From contig NW_027271466.1 of the NCBI RefSeq assembly GCF_040938485.1, forward strand, positions 2,728,001 to 2,792,000: DNA of 64,000 bases. Reading direction: 5' to 3'. Under the pieces are notes generated by a model. It ran no database searches. It saw only the letters and a list, made by a program, of their open reading frames with translations, and was not told the DNA's origin. This document shows positions 37,934 through 50,611 of this stretch, in pieces; position 1 is the stretch's first letter, and each line of letters opens with the position of its first letter. A program made the position numbers and the translations under genes. Source of the DNA: Diadema antillarum. Lineage: Eukaryota.

Positions 37934-40900
37934 ATGGCCGCGCCCATGAGATTATTTGCTTCAGCAAGACGGACCCAGTGTTTCTCACAATGTATGCGAC
38001 CATGTGCATCAAACAACACTATCATCCAGGCCAACAGTATCGGGTCAATATCCAGTCCTCTCAAAAATACTCTCCTGTCTCATGTAAACCCTGGATTTGC
38101 CATTAATTGCCGATCTGCATTCACGATATCACCCCGGCGATCTCGGAAACTGGACACGCCGAAGAGATCACGAGATTTCATCTCCACCTTGAGAAGGGAT
38201 GAGCGAGAAACTCTCTTCGAAGAACTTTTGAAGTATCACAACTACAAAGCCAGTCTCAAAAGTGGCATTGCAGCTGGGAATATTTCTTCAGGTGTGCTTT
38301 CGAATCTCCTCACTTATTTTTGTTTTATTTTCTTTTTTCATTTTCTTTTTTTTTTTTTTTTGACTGATTCACGATTGAAGCTGCCGCCATGCCGGCTGTG
38401 TAGTGACATTCCTGACAATACAGTCACTTGCATGATGTGGTGAAGTTTACTCAGTAATGGTTAGTCTAGGCCTACTTTTTTTTTTTAATGTAGGTCAATA
38501 TGGCTCTGCAGATAAGCCCCTTATATATATATTTTTTTTGTCAATCTAACGTTTGGACTTAGTAACAGTGTTCACCTCAGTGCTGTGGTGTTATTTACTT
38601 GTCTTACTTAGATCTTCATAATCACACTATCACCAAGCGTCGCGTTGTGGGACTGGACAGGTTGTAGGACCGGACGCGTATTGTAAGTGCGTCTGTAATA
38701 AAAATGACGCACCCAGGAATTTTTCAGAGTATGTTGTCTAGTATATGAGGAGTCTACATTTGTAAATTGTATATCAAGACAAGTCTATGAGGTAAAGAAG
38801 GGTGCATATATATTCCATGTAAAATAGGTAAGTTTTCACCTGTTCACAGGCGAACTTAAGACGTTAAGTGTCCGGAAACACAACCCCCCATACTACCAGG
38901 CAACAAGCCATAGCATAGGCTATGGCTATAGGTACAGTAGAGTTTTTGGAATGATTTGAACATCTTGAATAGGCCCCTATTTGAATTTGATGTTAGCTTC
39001 AAGAAATGAGAAAGAAATCATTTGTATTGCACCCCTGCTTCTTCATTTTTAATGTCCCAAGTCTGTTGACATTCACTTCTTCAAACAAGTTTTGTTCACT
39101 CTGTGAAATGTTGTTTGTGTGTTTGTTTGTTGTTGTTTTTTCAGATCTTCCACAGCAACCAGCGGCACCATTACCCACCAGTCAACAGCTGAGGTTGGGT
39201 AAGATAAATTTAAGAGTTCAAAATAAAGGTGTATGTGGCTGCTACATGTTCGTAGGTCTACTTAATAATAGTAGGTGTATTTACAGTAATCTACTAGGTA
39301 GTTGATCTTTCTCTTCTTTTTTTTTTTCTCTTTGATAATCTCATTATACATGCAATGTGGCTTCATTCAGATTGTTTTCATTTGTCATGGTATTTACTTT
39401 ATGTTATGACTGTGTCTGCATGTTGTAAATCTATCAAGCTAGGTATAGCACTATATGCCTTGATATTTAACTGTAAATCTTAAGCCATCTTTGCATTGTA
39501 CAAGTATCAAAATAGAATGCAAATCATCCTTCCAAAGAGTCATGAGAATTATTTAGTCTTAAAGACTATTGATGTCAGTTCAATAATAGTTTAACTACAG
39601 TGTAGACCGTGGTCTGTAATTGAACTGACATCAATGGTCTTTATGCATTGCCTAGTTTGAATTTTTTGTCACTTCAGATTTGACCTGCTTGTGGAGTACT
39701 GCACTTGAATAAATGTGCTCATCTCTGTGGAGTTTCATATTCTGAACTATCGCTAATGAGAACCTATTTGGTCCTCTGAACAAATTTTGCAGTCTGAATT
39801 TCACAATCTTAATAGTGAACATGTGCTTGCATGTTCTAGGTATTAAACTCATTTGACTTTATGAAAATTATTTCCCATAGATTTGATAAATGATGGCAGA
39901 TCAGGTTCCAGTGAGTATTTGGTCAATGAGTACCATGTTTTGTAATGTATGCATCTTAACAGATTCTCAAGCTATTCTTACCATTTCTCTCACTCAGTTG
40001 CCTTCAGCAATGCTCTCCCATTCATCGGGTTTGGATTCTTCGACAATGCCATCATGATAATCGCTGTAAGTCAATGCTGGCAAATACTGCCAACCTTTAG
40101 GCTATGTAAAGATTTTAGTCATGATGTTAACCCTCTCTGTGCCAGGGACAGTATGTACATGTACATTGTACAATGTCATCTAAAGGGTTGTCTGTGCCAG
40201 TCAGCACTCAAAGTACCTCAAAGGTTAAGGATACTAACGGAGGAGATGGATGGAGAAAATACGGAAAGATAGCCAAGAAGAAATGGGAAGAATACAAGTG
40301 CACACTTTGTTTCATGTTAGTGTATTGCTTTTGGCGGTTTTTCTTGTATCTGATCATTTGATAAGTTTCCCCTACATTTACAAAATATGCTCTCATATTA
40401 TCTCATTTTGGCATATTGTAAAAAGTACATAATTTGTCTTCAGTGTCTTAAATCTTATTGTTTCACTTGTTTTTGTTTCCTTTTGTAAGAAAAAAAATTA
40501 TCTAAAAATCAATTGTGCCATTATATTCAAATGAATATGGTTATCTTTGTGTTACAGGGGGATTACATCGATATGACCATAGGTGCAGCCCTCAGCATAT
40601 CCACAATGGCTGGTGAGTATGAATGCTCCAAAGAAAGGGCATTATTCTTGTCATTTTCTTTCTAACAACGTCAATAACAGGCAGTAACCTTCAGCATCAC
40701 ACTTTCCTCAATTTTCATGGACATTTCATGTATTACAAAAGTTTGGGATCATAAAATAAATTGGATATTGTATTTTTGCAGTTTTAAAGTCGAAATTTTC
40801 AGTCCTTCATTGGCTTCCTCAGATTTATGGATTCGTAGTGTGAGAAACCCTTTCAATTTTCTTCACTCTCAACTCTTACTTTTGAAAGGATGTTGGCAAT

Positions 40901-43900
40901 ACTACTTTGACTGTATTGATTATCAGTCTTGAATAGATGTACATTGTGACTGTGTACACTTTCAGTTTAGTTAGATAAATCCTCCATGTAGTGGTTGCTA
41001 TGGAGTTTTATATTCTGTTCTTTTGTTCCATTTATTGCAGAGAGCACCACTGGTTGAGATAATTCACTTGAATAGACCCTAAACTTCAAAGCCTCTTTTT
41101 CATCAGTGTGCACTTTTCCAGAGTGTGTACTTTCTTTCCTGTGTTTAAGTGGGTTAGGAGAGTCCATCTGTTTGGTTTATCATTTCAAAGCTGTAAGTTG
41201 GCTTTTTCAGAATCTGCCCTGAACTAAAATTCGAGTGGGGCAAATTTTGGGTTGTTTTGTGGTGCAGGGTCACATTTAGTCTTCAGTATCACCAGTGTGA
41301 TACACATAATAGGCAAGGAAATTGTAACATCTTCAGCATTCACATTCTTCCATGGGCAGAAGTAGCCACTTTCAGTCACAAGTACAGATAACCATGAAGT
41401 TTTTTTTTTTTTTTTTTTATAGCTCAAACACTTCTTTTTCCATCCCATTCCAATTCTTCTTCTGCATATATATTGTCAATCTTTTGGCATGTAAGCCACT
41501 CTTTTTTTTCTTCTTGCTCTGCCTTCTTTATAATGTTCTGTGTGATACACATTGTACATTTTCTCATTCCTATTTCAGCTACTTTTGTCCATATCTGCTT
41601 TTCACAATTTTTTTTTTTCAGTTCAATTATTCCCCAGTTTAATAAAAACAATGCAATGTATCATGTGTACAAAAAAAAAACATGCAAAGTAAAGTATGGT
41701 GAACGTATATATCTGTATTATAGCATCAGGCTATTAAGTTGTATGGATTATTTTAGGAATGAATGAATGAACCAATAGATCTCATTGTATGTTTGCACAA
41801 TAACAAAGACACTGATTTACAGTGTATCTATTCCATTTCTTTTCCTTCTAACTCTTTTTTTTCAATAAAAACTCCCTTCTTCTCTCTTCCATCTTTGCAT
41901 GTTCATTTTGTTTTTCTACATCTCTTTCTGCCTGACAAACTTATTCCTCACTTCCACCATCATTTCATTTTTCTTTCATTGTCACTCTCATTCCAGCTGC
42001 CGGCATGGGCAATATGATTTCAGATGTGGCTGGCATTGGGTAAGATATTGCATTCGCTCCCCCTCCCCCTAAAAAAACAAACAAACAGACAAAACAACTG
42101 ATAAACTAAGCAAGCAAACAACCGAACCCAACCCTACCCTATTTTACCCCAAATATTAGACCATCAACACTATCCCCTCCCAAAGTAGAAAGTGTATGTG
42201 TTAGTGTAGTATGATTACACTCATAGATCATAAAGCATGGCATGTTTTTAACCGCTGGTAGTTTTTGCTGTATATGTGGTTATATGGAGTGAACATCCAT
42301 TATACATTCCTGCTATATATTGCATCGTATGAAAGCATGTTATATTAGTATAACTTCATGACTAATTATAGAGGCCAATCTTTGTTTGATAGGATGTAGA
42401 ACCATAGGATGCCCTCAGTTGTAGGATGTATCAAAGTACTTGGGCTATTATTATGGCAAGATATCGCCCTTCTCTATGGGGAAAATTAGCATATCACTGT
42501 GCCTTGAAGTGTGAAAGCTTATTAAATGAGACCACCAGATGATTTGTAGACTTTTGCATTTAGACATCTATAGATTGGTTATACTTTTTACAGAGTTTTA
42601 CAATTTATAGAAATTTGGAGGGAGATTAAGAATACTTTCAAAATTCATAGCAAATCATAATGAATGAGGATGATGATGATGACATTTTATATGTGTAGCA
42701 GCGTCACATAAGAATGTATGAATCTGTGCTCAAGGAAAAACAATGAAAGAAGAAAGCATGCATGAATTCTACACAGGTGAACTTACAAAATAAAGTGGTA
42801 TTGCACAATGGAATGACATTGCAACAACACTGGAATATATGAGCCTCCTATGTCATCATTCTAGTTCAGTGTATAATGTTTTAGGTTTTTCAGAGTATTG
42901 GTTTATCTGCTCAGGGACCCCAGTAAATTCCACAAATCTATACTTGGCACTATCAATTTTTGTACTGCTTGATACAAAATGATATAATATGGCTAGAATG
43001 CCCCTTAAAAATGTTTTCACCCTCTGTGATATCTAACCACAGGCTAGCTGGCACTGTTGAAGCTGCGGTGTCCAGAGTTGGGCCCCAAGTGCCAGAACTG
43101 ACCCCCGAGCAGCTGGACATGAACAGGACGAGATGGACGGCCAGCATAGTCAGTATCAAACCTGGATATTGTAGAATGTTGTCAAATGTGATATCTGTCC
43201 TTTTAAAGTGCAACAAGCTTTTCACATTTTTCAGGAATATGGAACATGCTGTACGCAACAAAATAATAAAGACAATGTTTTCTTTGCCTGTAGAAGTGTC
43301 TGTTTTTCTAGAAAGACATCCATATAGACGCAGATGACCTTTGGTGTGATAAGGTCAACTTCAGCACTTACCTGTCATAGTGGTGTATGAACTTTGCCAC
43401 AGTGACATGCTCAGTAGGCAAATTGTGAGCTTGTAATGAGCCAAGAAAACCACAGTTTGATGTGACAAACATCTTGTGGTAGCTAGCAGTTTTAAAATGT
43501 CGTTAGTAAATAAACTGTCCATAATGAATGATATAAAGAACCAAATGAAATTCAACTTTAAACACTGACAACACCATACACAGACTAATTGAGTTCTGTA
43601 ATACCAGCAATATTTACATGCATCTGATTTGGCAAATTTCGTGAGAGCCAAGATTTGCGTAATTAAAATACACATGAAAGTTCTTGTCTACACTATGTTT
43701 ATTGAATGCCAGTGGCAATTCGTGAAAATTCCATGCCACGAACATACCTTGCTTTACAGTACCAGTATGTAGGGGCCTAATGATGTAAAGTCTTCTATAT
43801 GGAATGATTTGCAAGCTTTATAAATACCAAGAAAGTAATGGAAGATTCCCACCAACCCGATTATGGGGGCATCCCCTTTGACAAAGCTCTTATACCGCAT

Positions 43901-44097
43901 GCCATCTTCAGACTGAATTTGCTGGATATTGGGAGAATGTTGTGTTTATTACTGTCTGTCTGTCTCCCCCTTCTCTCTCCTCCCGTGACACACAGGCTCG
44001 TGCTCTTGGAATCATGGTGGGCTGCTTGATCGGAATGTTCCCTCTCCTCTTTCTGACCACCAAAGAGGACCAGGAGGAAAAGGAGGCTGCAACATGA
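37934..44097 (+). CDS. TMEM65: Transmembrane protein 65 (mitochondrial inner membrane), complete CDS, 261 aa
   Basis: Exons 37934-38291, 39145-39198, 39998-40065, 40558-40612, 41997-42039, 43043-43148, 43996-44097 = 786 nt. NALPFIGFGFFDNAIMIIAG, ISTMAAAGMGNMISDVAGIGLAG, GCLIGMFPLLF; Arg/Ser-rich presequence-like N-terminus. Confidence 0.95.
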
Positions 44098-46609
44098 TGA
44101 AGAGTGGTTGCCGCCTGGTCACGTGTTGCTGCAATGTTGTCCCTTCCTGCGCAAGTCGGCACTCCCCCAACATCTATCTACACATATTCACCCATGTTGG
44201 GGGGTAGATGGTGATGTGAAACCTTGAAGACATTCAAAATGTGGTAGTATGCTTGTGAAGATAATACATGATTCCTGTATCTAGGTCCTTGTTGTGTTGG
44301 ACATCACTAGTCCAAGAGTTACGGTGATGTGAGAATGTGAGTTGAGAGGTGTGCTACATATAGACTAGAAATGTATCTGTCTGTGTGGAAGTCTAAGCAT
44401 CAACTCACTTTACATTAAGTTGTTCTTGGAGAGAGATATTCCCAATGAGAAATGTTGGGTCAGTTTGAGTTAGAATGAAACAGGATGCCCTTCTTTCGGT
44501 CCATTAACCCTTTCACACCCACAGACCTCTTGCAATTTCAGCCTCCACTACTTGCTGAAGTGGGCAGTATAAGATTTCATTCTATTTGGCATGGATTTTG
44601 AAACATTGATAGTTTGTGTGTATGGATGCTGTGAGCCAGGTAGAGAATTTCATACATTTTTCAATTATCCATGCCCTACACTTGTACGCACACATATGCA
44701 AATGACCGCTAAAAGTGGAAATTTCTGCTTTTACGGTAGAGCGGTGACTTTTGTTAGGGGCAGTTATGGGTGATTGTGGATTCAATTCAAAATGCGACTG
44801 CGCAGAGTACATGGAAAGATATATTGTGACTGCAATATGTATTGACTCAAAACAAAAGAAGTAATTGATGTGTCATTTTGGTGTTGTGCATGTGCTGATA
44901 CATGAATGATTAATAATTTGCTGGTGAGATATATCTGCAGCAGTACTCTTCTGGTGTTTTTATTTTTTTCTGCGTATTCAAATTTTGATGGTAATCATTA
45001 AATGCGCAAGTAATCCAAGAGGAGAATTCTGCAAAAGATATTAAAGTTGTAATACCAATGTGGGTGCTGTTATGGTAGGTCATTATGAATTTGCTTTTGA
45101 TTTGACTTTAAAATGCAAACAAAAAAATAATGAGCAATCCAATCATTACAGGTCCTGTAGGGCAGACTTATTAGCTAAACATGTAGAGAGCTGGGCTCTT
45201 TCATATGTATTTCAAAAGTTTATTTGAAGTGCTTGGTGCATTTTTCAAAGCAATAAATGAGGGGGGTAATTCTGTCCTTGTGACATACCTGCATATTATG
45301 TGTATCATACTAGTGGTTAAAAATCAAGCAGTGCATGTGGCTCTTTACAGAGTTGGTGTAATCATTGCTCTTCCATTTCTAAACACATCTAGTAATGGGG
45401 GAATTCAGCCTCACACATCATCATTACATTGGCAACTGAATTTTACTATGTATCCTATATCCAAAAAGGATTAGTGAGAACCTCATTCAATAGATGATAA
45501 ATTAAAAGTGCACAAAATTGGAAAATAGAATAACATTTAAGTTTGCAATATTATAAAGAAGCTTGAACTTGAATCCCCTGAAATGCTTTGCTAATTTTGG
45601 ATCCATTATAGATGCAGAAGTTTTTGATAGGTTTTTAAACCAACACAACTGTGTTATGTGACCAATATATGGATCAAATTAGAGAAAAGTTTTGTGTCTA
45701 CGGTATGAAATGCCAGCAATAAATGATACATATTATAAATAAATAATCTATAAACCACAGAAATGTTGATTTGACTTGATGGCTAATTGAGAACACATGT
45801 ATCCGCTATTAAAGGTAATAAACAGATATATAAGTGTGCAATGATTTAGGGGAGTGTGGGGTGGTTATAAATGTATTTGAGACAGGTATATTCACATTTT
45901 ACTCTTGCTCGCTCCTGATGTACAGCTGTATTGTTTAATAGACATAGATTGAATTATTGAGTGCGTTTGAATTTTGCGAAAAAATCTACCATGGGCAACT
46001 CCTTACAGTATGCACCATACGAATACAAAGTACACTACAAGAAAAAAGAAAATGGGGAGAGCTTTCTGTCGATATATAGCGAGGCTGTTGCTCTCAAAAT
46101 TGCCATGTTGATTCATGCATATACTACCCATTAAAAAAAAGAAAAGATCAAAATATAGATGTGTGTGTGTGAGTGTGTTTGTGTGCCATGGGGCATTATG
46201 ATACTATTGAAACCAACAACTTCAAATTGTACTGTTAGCATTTGATTTTGTTCAAATAATTTTATTATGTGGTGTGCTTGTGTAATGACTTTATGTGTGC
46301 TTTGTACAATTCTTGACGAGACATGCTGCTCTGAAAACGTTGTTTGAAGATTAAAAAGTCCTGCCTCGGTTGATGTGTCAACTGATGCAATAATGCACCA
46401 TCGGTTTTGCTGAGGATAAGAAGCATGTAGTGAGGAGACTGGTTTCTCCTTACTTCCTTAAATGCCATGTTGGAAAGTCACGACAAAGCAAAGTATTGTT
46501 TCTGGTAACAAGGGTCAAGGCTTGCCATTAAAAGACCAATCTCCTTCAGCCGGGTTCGTTAACCCGGTCGGGACAACCACCTGCAACTACCATTGCTAAT
46601 AATATGTAT

Positions 46610-47680
46610 GAAGAGGTCACCAGTGGAGATGGAAGAGGTCACCATGGTGGTGGGAAGTGGTCACCAGTGGTGATGGGAAGAGGTCACCAGTTGTGATGGA
46701 AGAGGTCACCAGTGGTGGTGGAAAGAGGTCACCAGCTGTGATGAAAGAGGTCACCGATGGTGGTGGGAAGAGGGTGCCAGTTGTGATGGAAGAGGTCACC
46801 AGTGGTGGTGGAAAGAGGTCACCAGCTGTGATGAAAGAGGTCACCGGTGGTGATGGGAAGAGGTCACCAGTTGTGATGGAAGAGGTCACCGGTGGTGGTG
46901 GGAAGAGGGTGCCAGTTGTGATGGAAGAGGTCACCAGTGGTGGTGGAAAGAAGTCACCAGCTGTGATGAAAGAGATCACCAGTGGTGGTGGGAAGAGATT
47001 GGCAGTTGTGATAAAAGAGGTCACCAGTTGTGATGGAAGAGGTCTCCAGTTGTGATGGAAGAGATCACCAGTTGTGGTGGAAGAGGTCACCAGTTGTAGT
47101 GGGAAGAGGGTACTAGTTGTGATGGAATAGGTTGCCAGTTGTGATGGAAGAGGTCACCAGTTGTGATGGAAGAGATCACCAGTTGTGATGAAAGAGGTCA
47201 CCAGTTGTGATGGAAGAGGTTGCCAGTTGTGATAGAAGAGGTCACCAGTTGTGATAGAAGAGGGTACCAGTTGTGATGGAAGAGATCACCAGTTGTGGTG
47301 GAAGAGATCACCAGTTGTGGTGGGAAGAGGGTACCAGTTGTGATGGAAGAGGTTGCCAGTTGTGATGGAAGAGGTCACCAGTTGTGATGGAAGAGATCAC
47401 CAGTTGTGGTGGAAGAGGTCACCAGTTGTGGTGGGAAGAGGGTACCAGTTGTGATGGAAGAGGTTGCCAGTTGTGCTGGAAGAGGTCACCAGTGGTGCTT
47501 GGAAGAGTTTACTAGTTGTGATGGAAAAGGTCACCAGTGGTAATGGAAGAGGTCAGCAGTGGTGGTTTGAAGAGGGCACCAGTTGTGATGGAAGAGGTTG
47601 CCAATGGTAGTGGGAAGCAGTCACCAGTTGTGAAGGATGAAGTCACCAGTGGTGCTGGAAGAGGTCACCAATGGTGTTGG
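46610..47680. repeat. Minisatellite, ~22-23-bp unit GGAAGAGGTCACCAGTTGTGAT
   Basis: About 1.07 kb of tandem variants with higher-order alternation in the left half. Confidence 0.92.
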
Positions 47681-47690
47681 TGGAGTTTAA

Positions 47691-48464
47691 CCCTAAAAAG
47701 ACTGGGGGGGGGGCCTAAAAGGCCCCCCCCTCGACATTTCGCGCGATTACTCAGCAACACGCAATGCTCTCGCCGCGATGCTCTATGGCTTTTTTCTTTC
47801 GAGTTTCCCGCACATTTTGACACCAAATTTGTGACGCCCGGGGGTACGGTTCTGAAGTTACATAACTTTTTGTACATGCACGTGAGACCGAAAATGGCTC
47901 AAAAATGTGATTTTGTGTACAAAGTCAATACAAATTGAGTTTTATCACATGGTTCATATAAATATGCTTATTTTTACTCTCAATGGCTAAAATCAATTTG
48001 TTTTAGTAGTATTATGCTTCAAAAAGGGTCTGCCACAAATTTTGCTGAAAAAATAACAAAAACAAAAGGTCGAAAAAACAAAGAAATACATAAGAAATTC
48101 ATAAAACAATAAAATAAATAAGAAATTAATTTTGATACCAAATTTTTTTTCTAGTACATTTGCTAAGAATGCTACAAAGAATATCTAGACCAAAAATGAG
48201 CACTTTTGGAGCTTTATTTACTGATTTAGATAAAAAAGTCTGATTTCTTGCATAAATTAGCATAATTAATCAAAATAAAATAAAAGAAGACAATTTTGGA
48301 AAATTTAAATATACGATCTTGTAGATTACATCGCACACTACCATTGTGCAAATTTCCGCGGCGATCGCGCGATCCACGGCCGAGATCTTAAGGGGGGGGC
48401 CCTTTAGGCCCCCCCCCCCCCCCCCAGTCTTTCGAGCTACCAAAATAGCCCAGTCTTTTTAGGG
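47691..48464. mobile_element. Non-autonomous piggyBac-like element
   Basis: TTAA|CCCTAAAAAGACTGGG...CCCAGTCTTTTTAGGG|TTAA: perfect 16-bp TIRs plus subterminal GGGGCC/GGCCCC repeats; 774 bp, no transposase ORF. Confidence 0.9.
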
Positions 48465-48940
48465 TTAAATGGTGCCCCATTGGGCAAATGTACATGAGAG
48501 AGACGGTTACAGGATGTTGATATGAGACTATTGTTTTATACAGTGACATTGTGTTATAAAGAAGTCAGTTGTAACAGAAGTCTTTTCCTACAATGTGATG
48601 TTGCAGGTCCAGACTCCTTTAATAAATTTATTTGTTTTGTACCCTGATGTAGTGAGAAACCTGATGGTAGAATGTAATCATGCTTTTCAGGTCTGTGAGC
48701 TTCCCCTGTACATAAGTACAGCACACTCTCATAGCAAAGTGCAATGTACATAATAAATGAATTACAATTGTATGTGGTGTATGGTTTAATACATAAAAAA
48801 AAAAAAAATGGCTCATGCAAGGGATGAAGCCTGGTGTCAAAAGGCAAATCTGTGTTCACAAACTGCATATCTGACAAGCTTACCAGTGCATATATGTGAG
48901 AGGGTTCCAGTATGTTGATTGGATACCTGTGTCATACATC

Positions 48941-49243
48941 CAGAGACTCCAACTCTCCCGCTTTGGACTGGAGATCTCCCGCCGAAAACCCATTTTTGCA
49001 GAATCTCCCGTTCTCCCACTTGAGATTGAATTTCTCCCGCTTGAAATGATTTCTTACTTAATTTCATTGTATGTTGAAAAATAAGCCTTAGATGGCACGA
49101 GAGAGCATCTAGAACCCTGGACCGCAAGGAACTTCGTGCTCGTGATGTGCGCTTTGCGCACATCAAGTTGGAGTCTCCCGTTTGCTAGGGGTTTCAGGCG
49201 GGAGAATCTCCCGATCAGAAGGTGCTTAGGGTTGGAGTCTCTG
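48941..49243. mobile_element. CAG-ended MITE with 6-bp direct repeat
   Basis: TACATC|CAGAGACTCCAAC...GTTGGAGTCTCTG|TACATC. Confidence 0.8.
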
Positions 49244-49583
49244 TACATCTAAAGCACACCACAATGCCATCAGAAGGTAAATTATGTAGAGATATCGACC
49301 TAAAAATTTATTGTTGTATCGCTCATGCCGATGAGAAAATTAGTAAATTTGTGGAGTGGATCATGCGAGTATGTGAAACCAAAGTTTGATATACCATGGA
49401 GAATGATGCATAGTACTTTGCTGATTATTACCAGTCAGAATGTAAAAAAAAAAAGCCAGAATATTGTCTCATATTTACAGATCACTCTACAAGATAATTT
49501 TGTTTGTTTGTTTGTTTGTTTGATTGTATGTGTGTGTATGTTTAATTGCTTTGTTGAGAAAGGCAGACAACATACAATATTAA

Positions 49584-50002
49584 ATGGGTTAGTCAAATAC
49601 CAGTCAGTGATTGGCTAAACACAGTCACGTGATGGAGGCACATTGGTTATGTTCGCCCATGGGCAGAACATTTTTGTAATGTTCTCCCATGGGAAAACAT
49701 TTTTCACGTAACAAATGACAAACGATACCAAACGATTGAACGATCATATTTTTCACGCAATCGATAGGATAAATTTGCCTACAGATAATGGTATTTGACT
49801 AACCCATATAATATAACAGATGATGACTTTTGTTGTCGGGAACATGTACCAAACGTTCCACCCTCAGGGTTTGAAATGCTATTTCGGGAGGCTGTAAGTC
49901 CCTCGACTTCTTCTTGGGACTTCTAACCTCCCTCTATAGCATTTCAAACCCTTCGGGTAGAACATTCGGTATGTTCCCTCCCCCGCCAGTCATCATCTAT
50001 AT
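49584..50002 (+). mobile_element. Asymmetric element: 19-bp inverted repeats followed by a ~190-bp hairpin
   Basis: ATGGGTTAGTCAAATACCA (49584-49602) / TGGTATTTGACTAACCCAT (49789-49807); hairpin ~49811-50002 (ACAGATGATGACT...AGTCATCATCT). Confidence 0.65.
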
Positions 50003-50611
50003 GTTGTGCCCTCTGAAAGGAGTGGTGTTAGAGTTCCCCAGAGTTACATCAAACAGTGCCAAACTGTGCAAGGCTTCCCTAGACCTTAGTCACAATGTTG
50101 CAGATCACCAACATGTGAACATGTGTACTGGCGCATTGTGCTACAGTTTTTAGTGCACTCTCGTGCCCTGCTCGTAAGACTTCTTGATTACAATATCATT
50201 CTATTACTTGATGGGGCATGTAGCCCAAGGGCCGACTAGTAGCTTTGATACAGAATTTTATGTTCAAATATACTCTGACTTTGTCTGTAACACTGGGTGC
50301 TATGATACTCATGTATATATAGCCATTTTTCTAAGGGTGATAAAGTTATTAAGCATTGAGTGTAGATTTCTGTGTTTTCGTTGCATTTATCATGTACTTC
50401 ACCTATATAGTCATTAGTAATGCTGTGTATTCGGCCTATGTAGTCCATGGCGTAGAATGTGAATTATATGTAATATTTGCGGCAAGAAGTGTGTAGGTTT
50501 GTAGATGTACAACGATAGGGTTGCAGAGGTTTGTTGAATGCTTCCCACCTTTCATTGAGGGTTGATGTTTTCATTTTGGGAACATCGTTGTACCTCAGGG
50601 TTCTTTGTTTA

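Noticed and set aside
46617-47090. Repetitive ORFs on both strands (VTSGGGKRSPVVMEE / PPPLVTSSITTGDLF)
   Set aside because: Translation of the minisatellite; frames break where the unit length changes; no splice context or homology.
49811-50002. Pre-miRNA-like hairpin (also 23141-23316)
   Set aside because: Longer than a typical pre-miRNA, and its termini are shared with other repeat-like elements; better explained as part of a mobile element.
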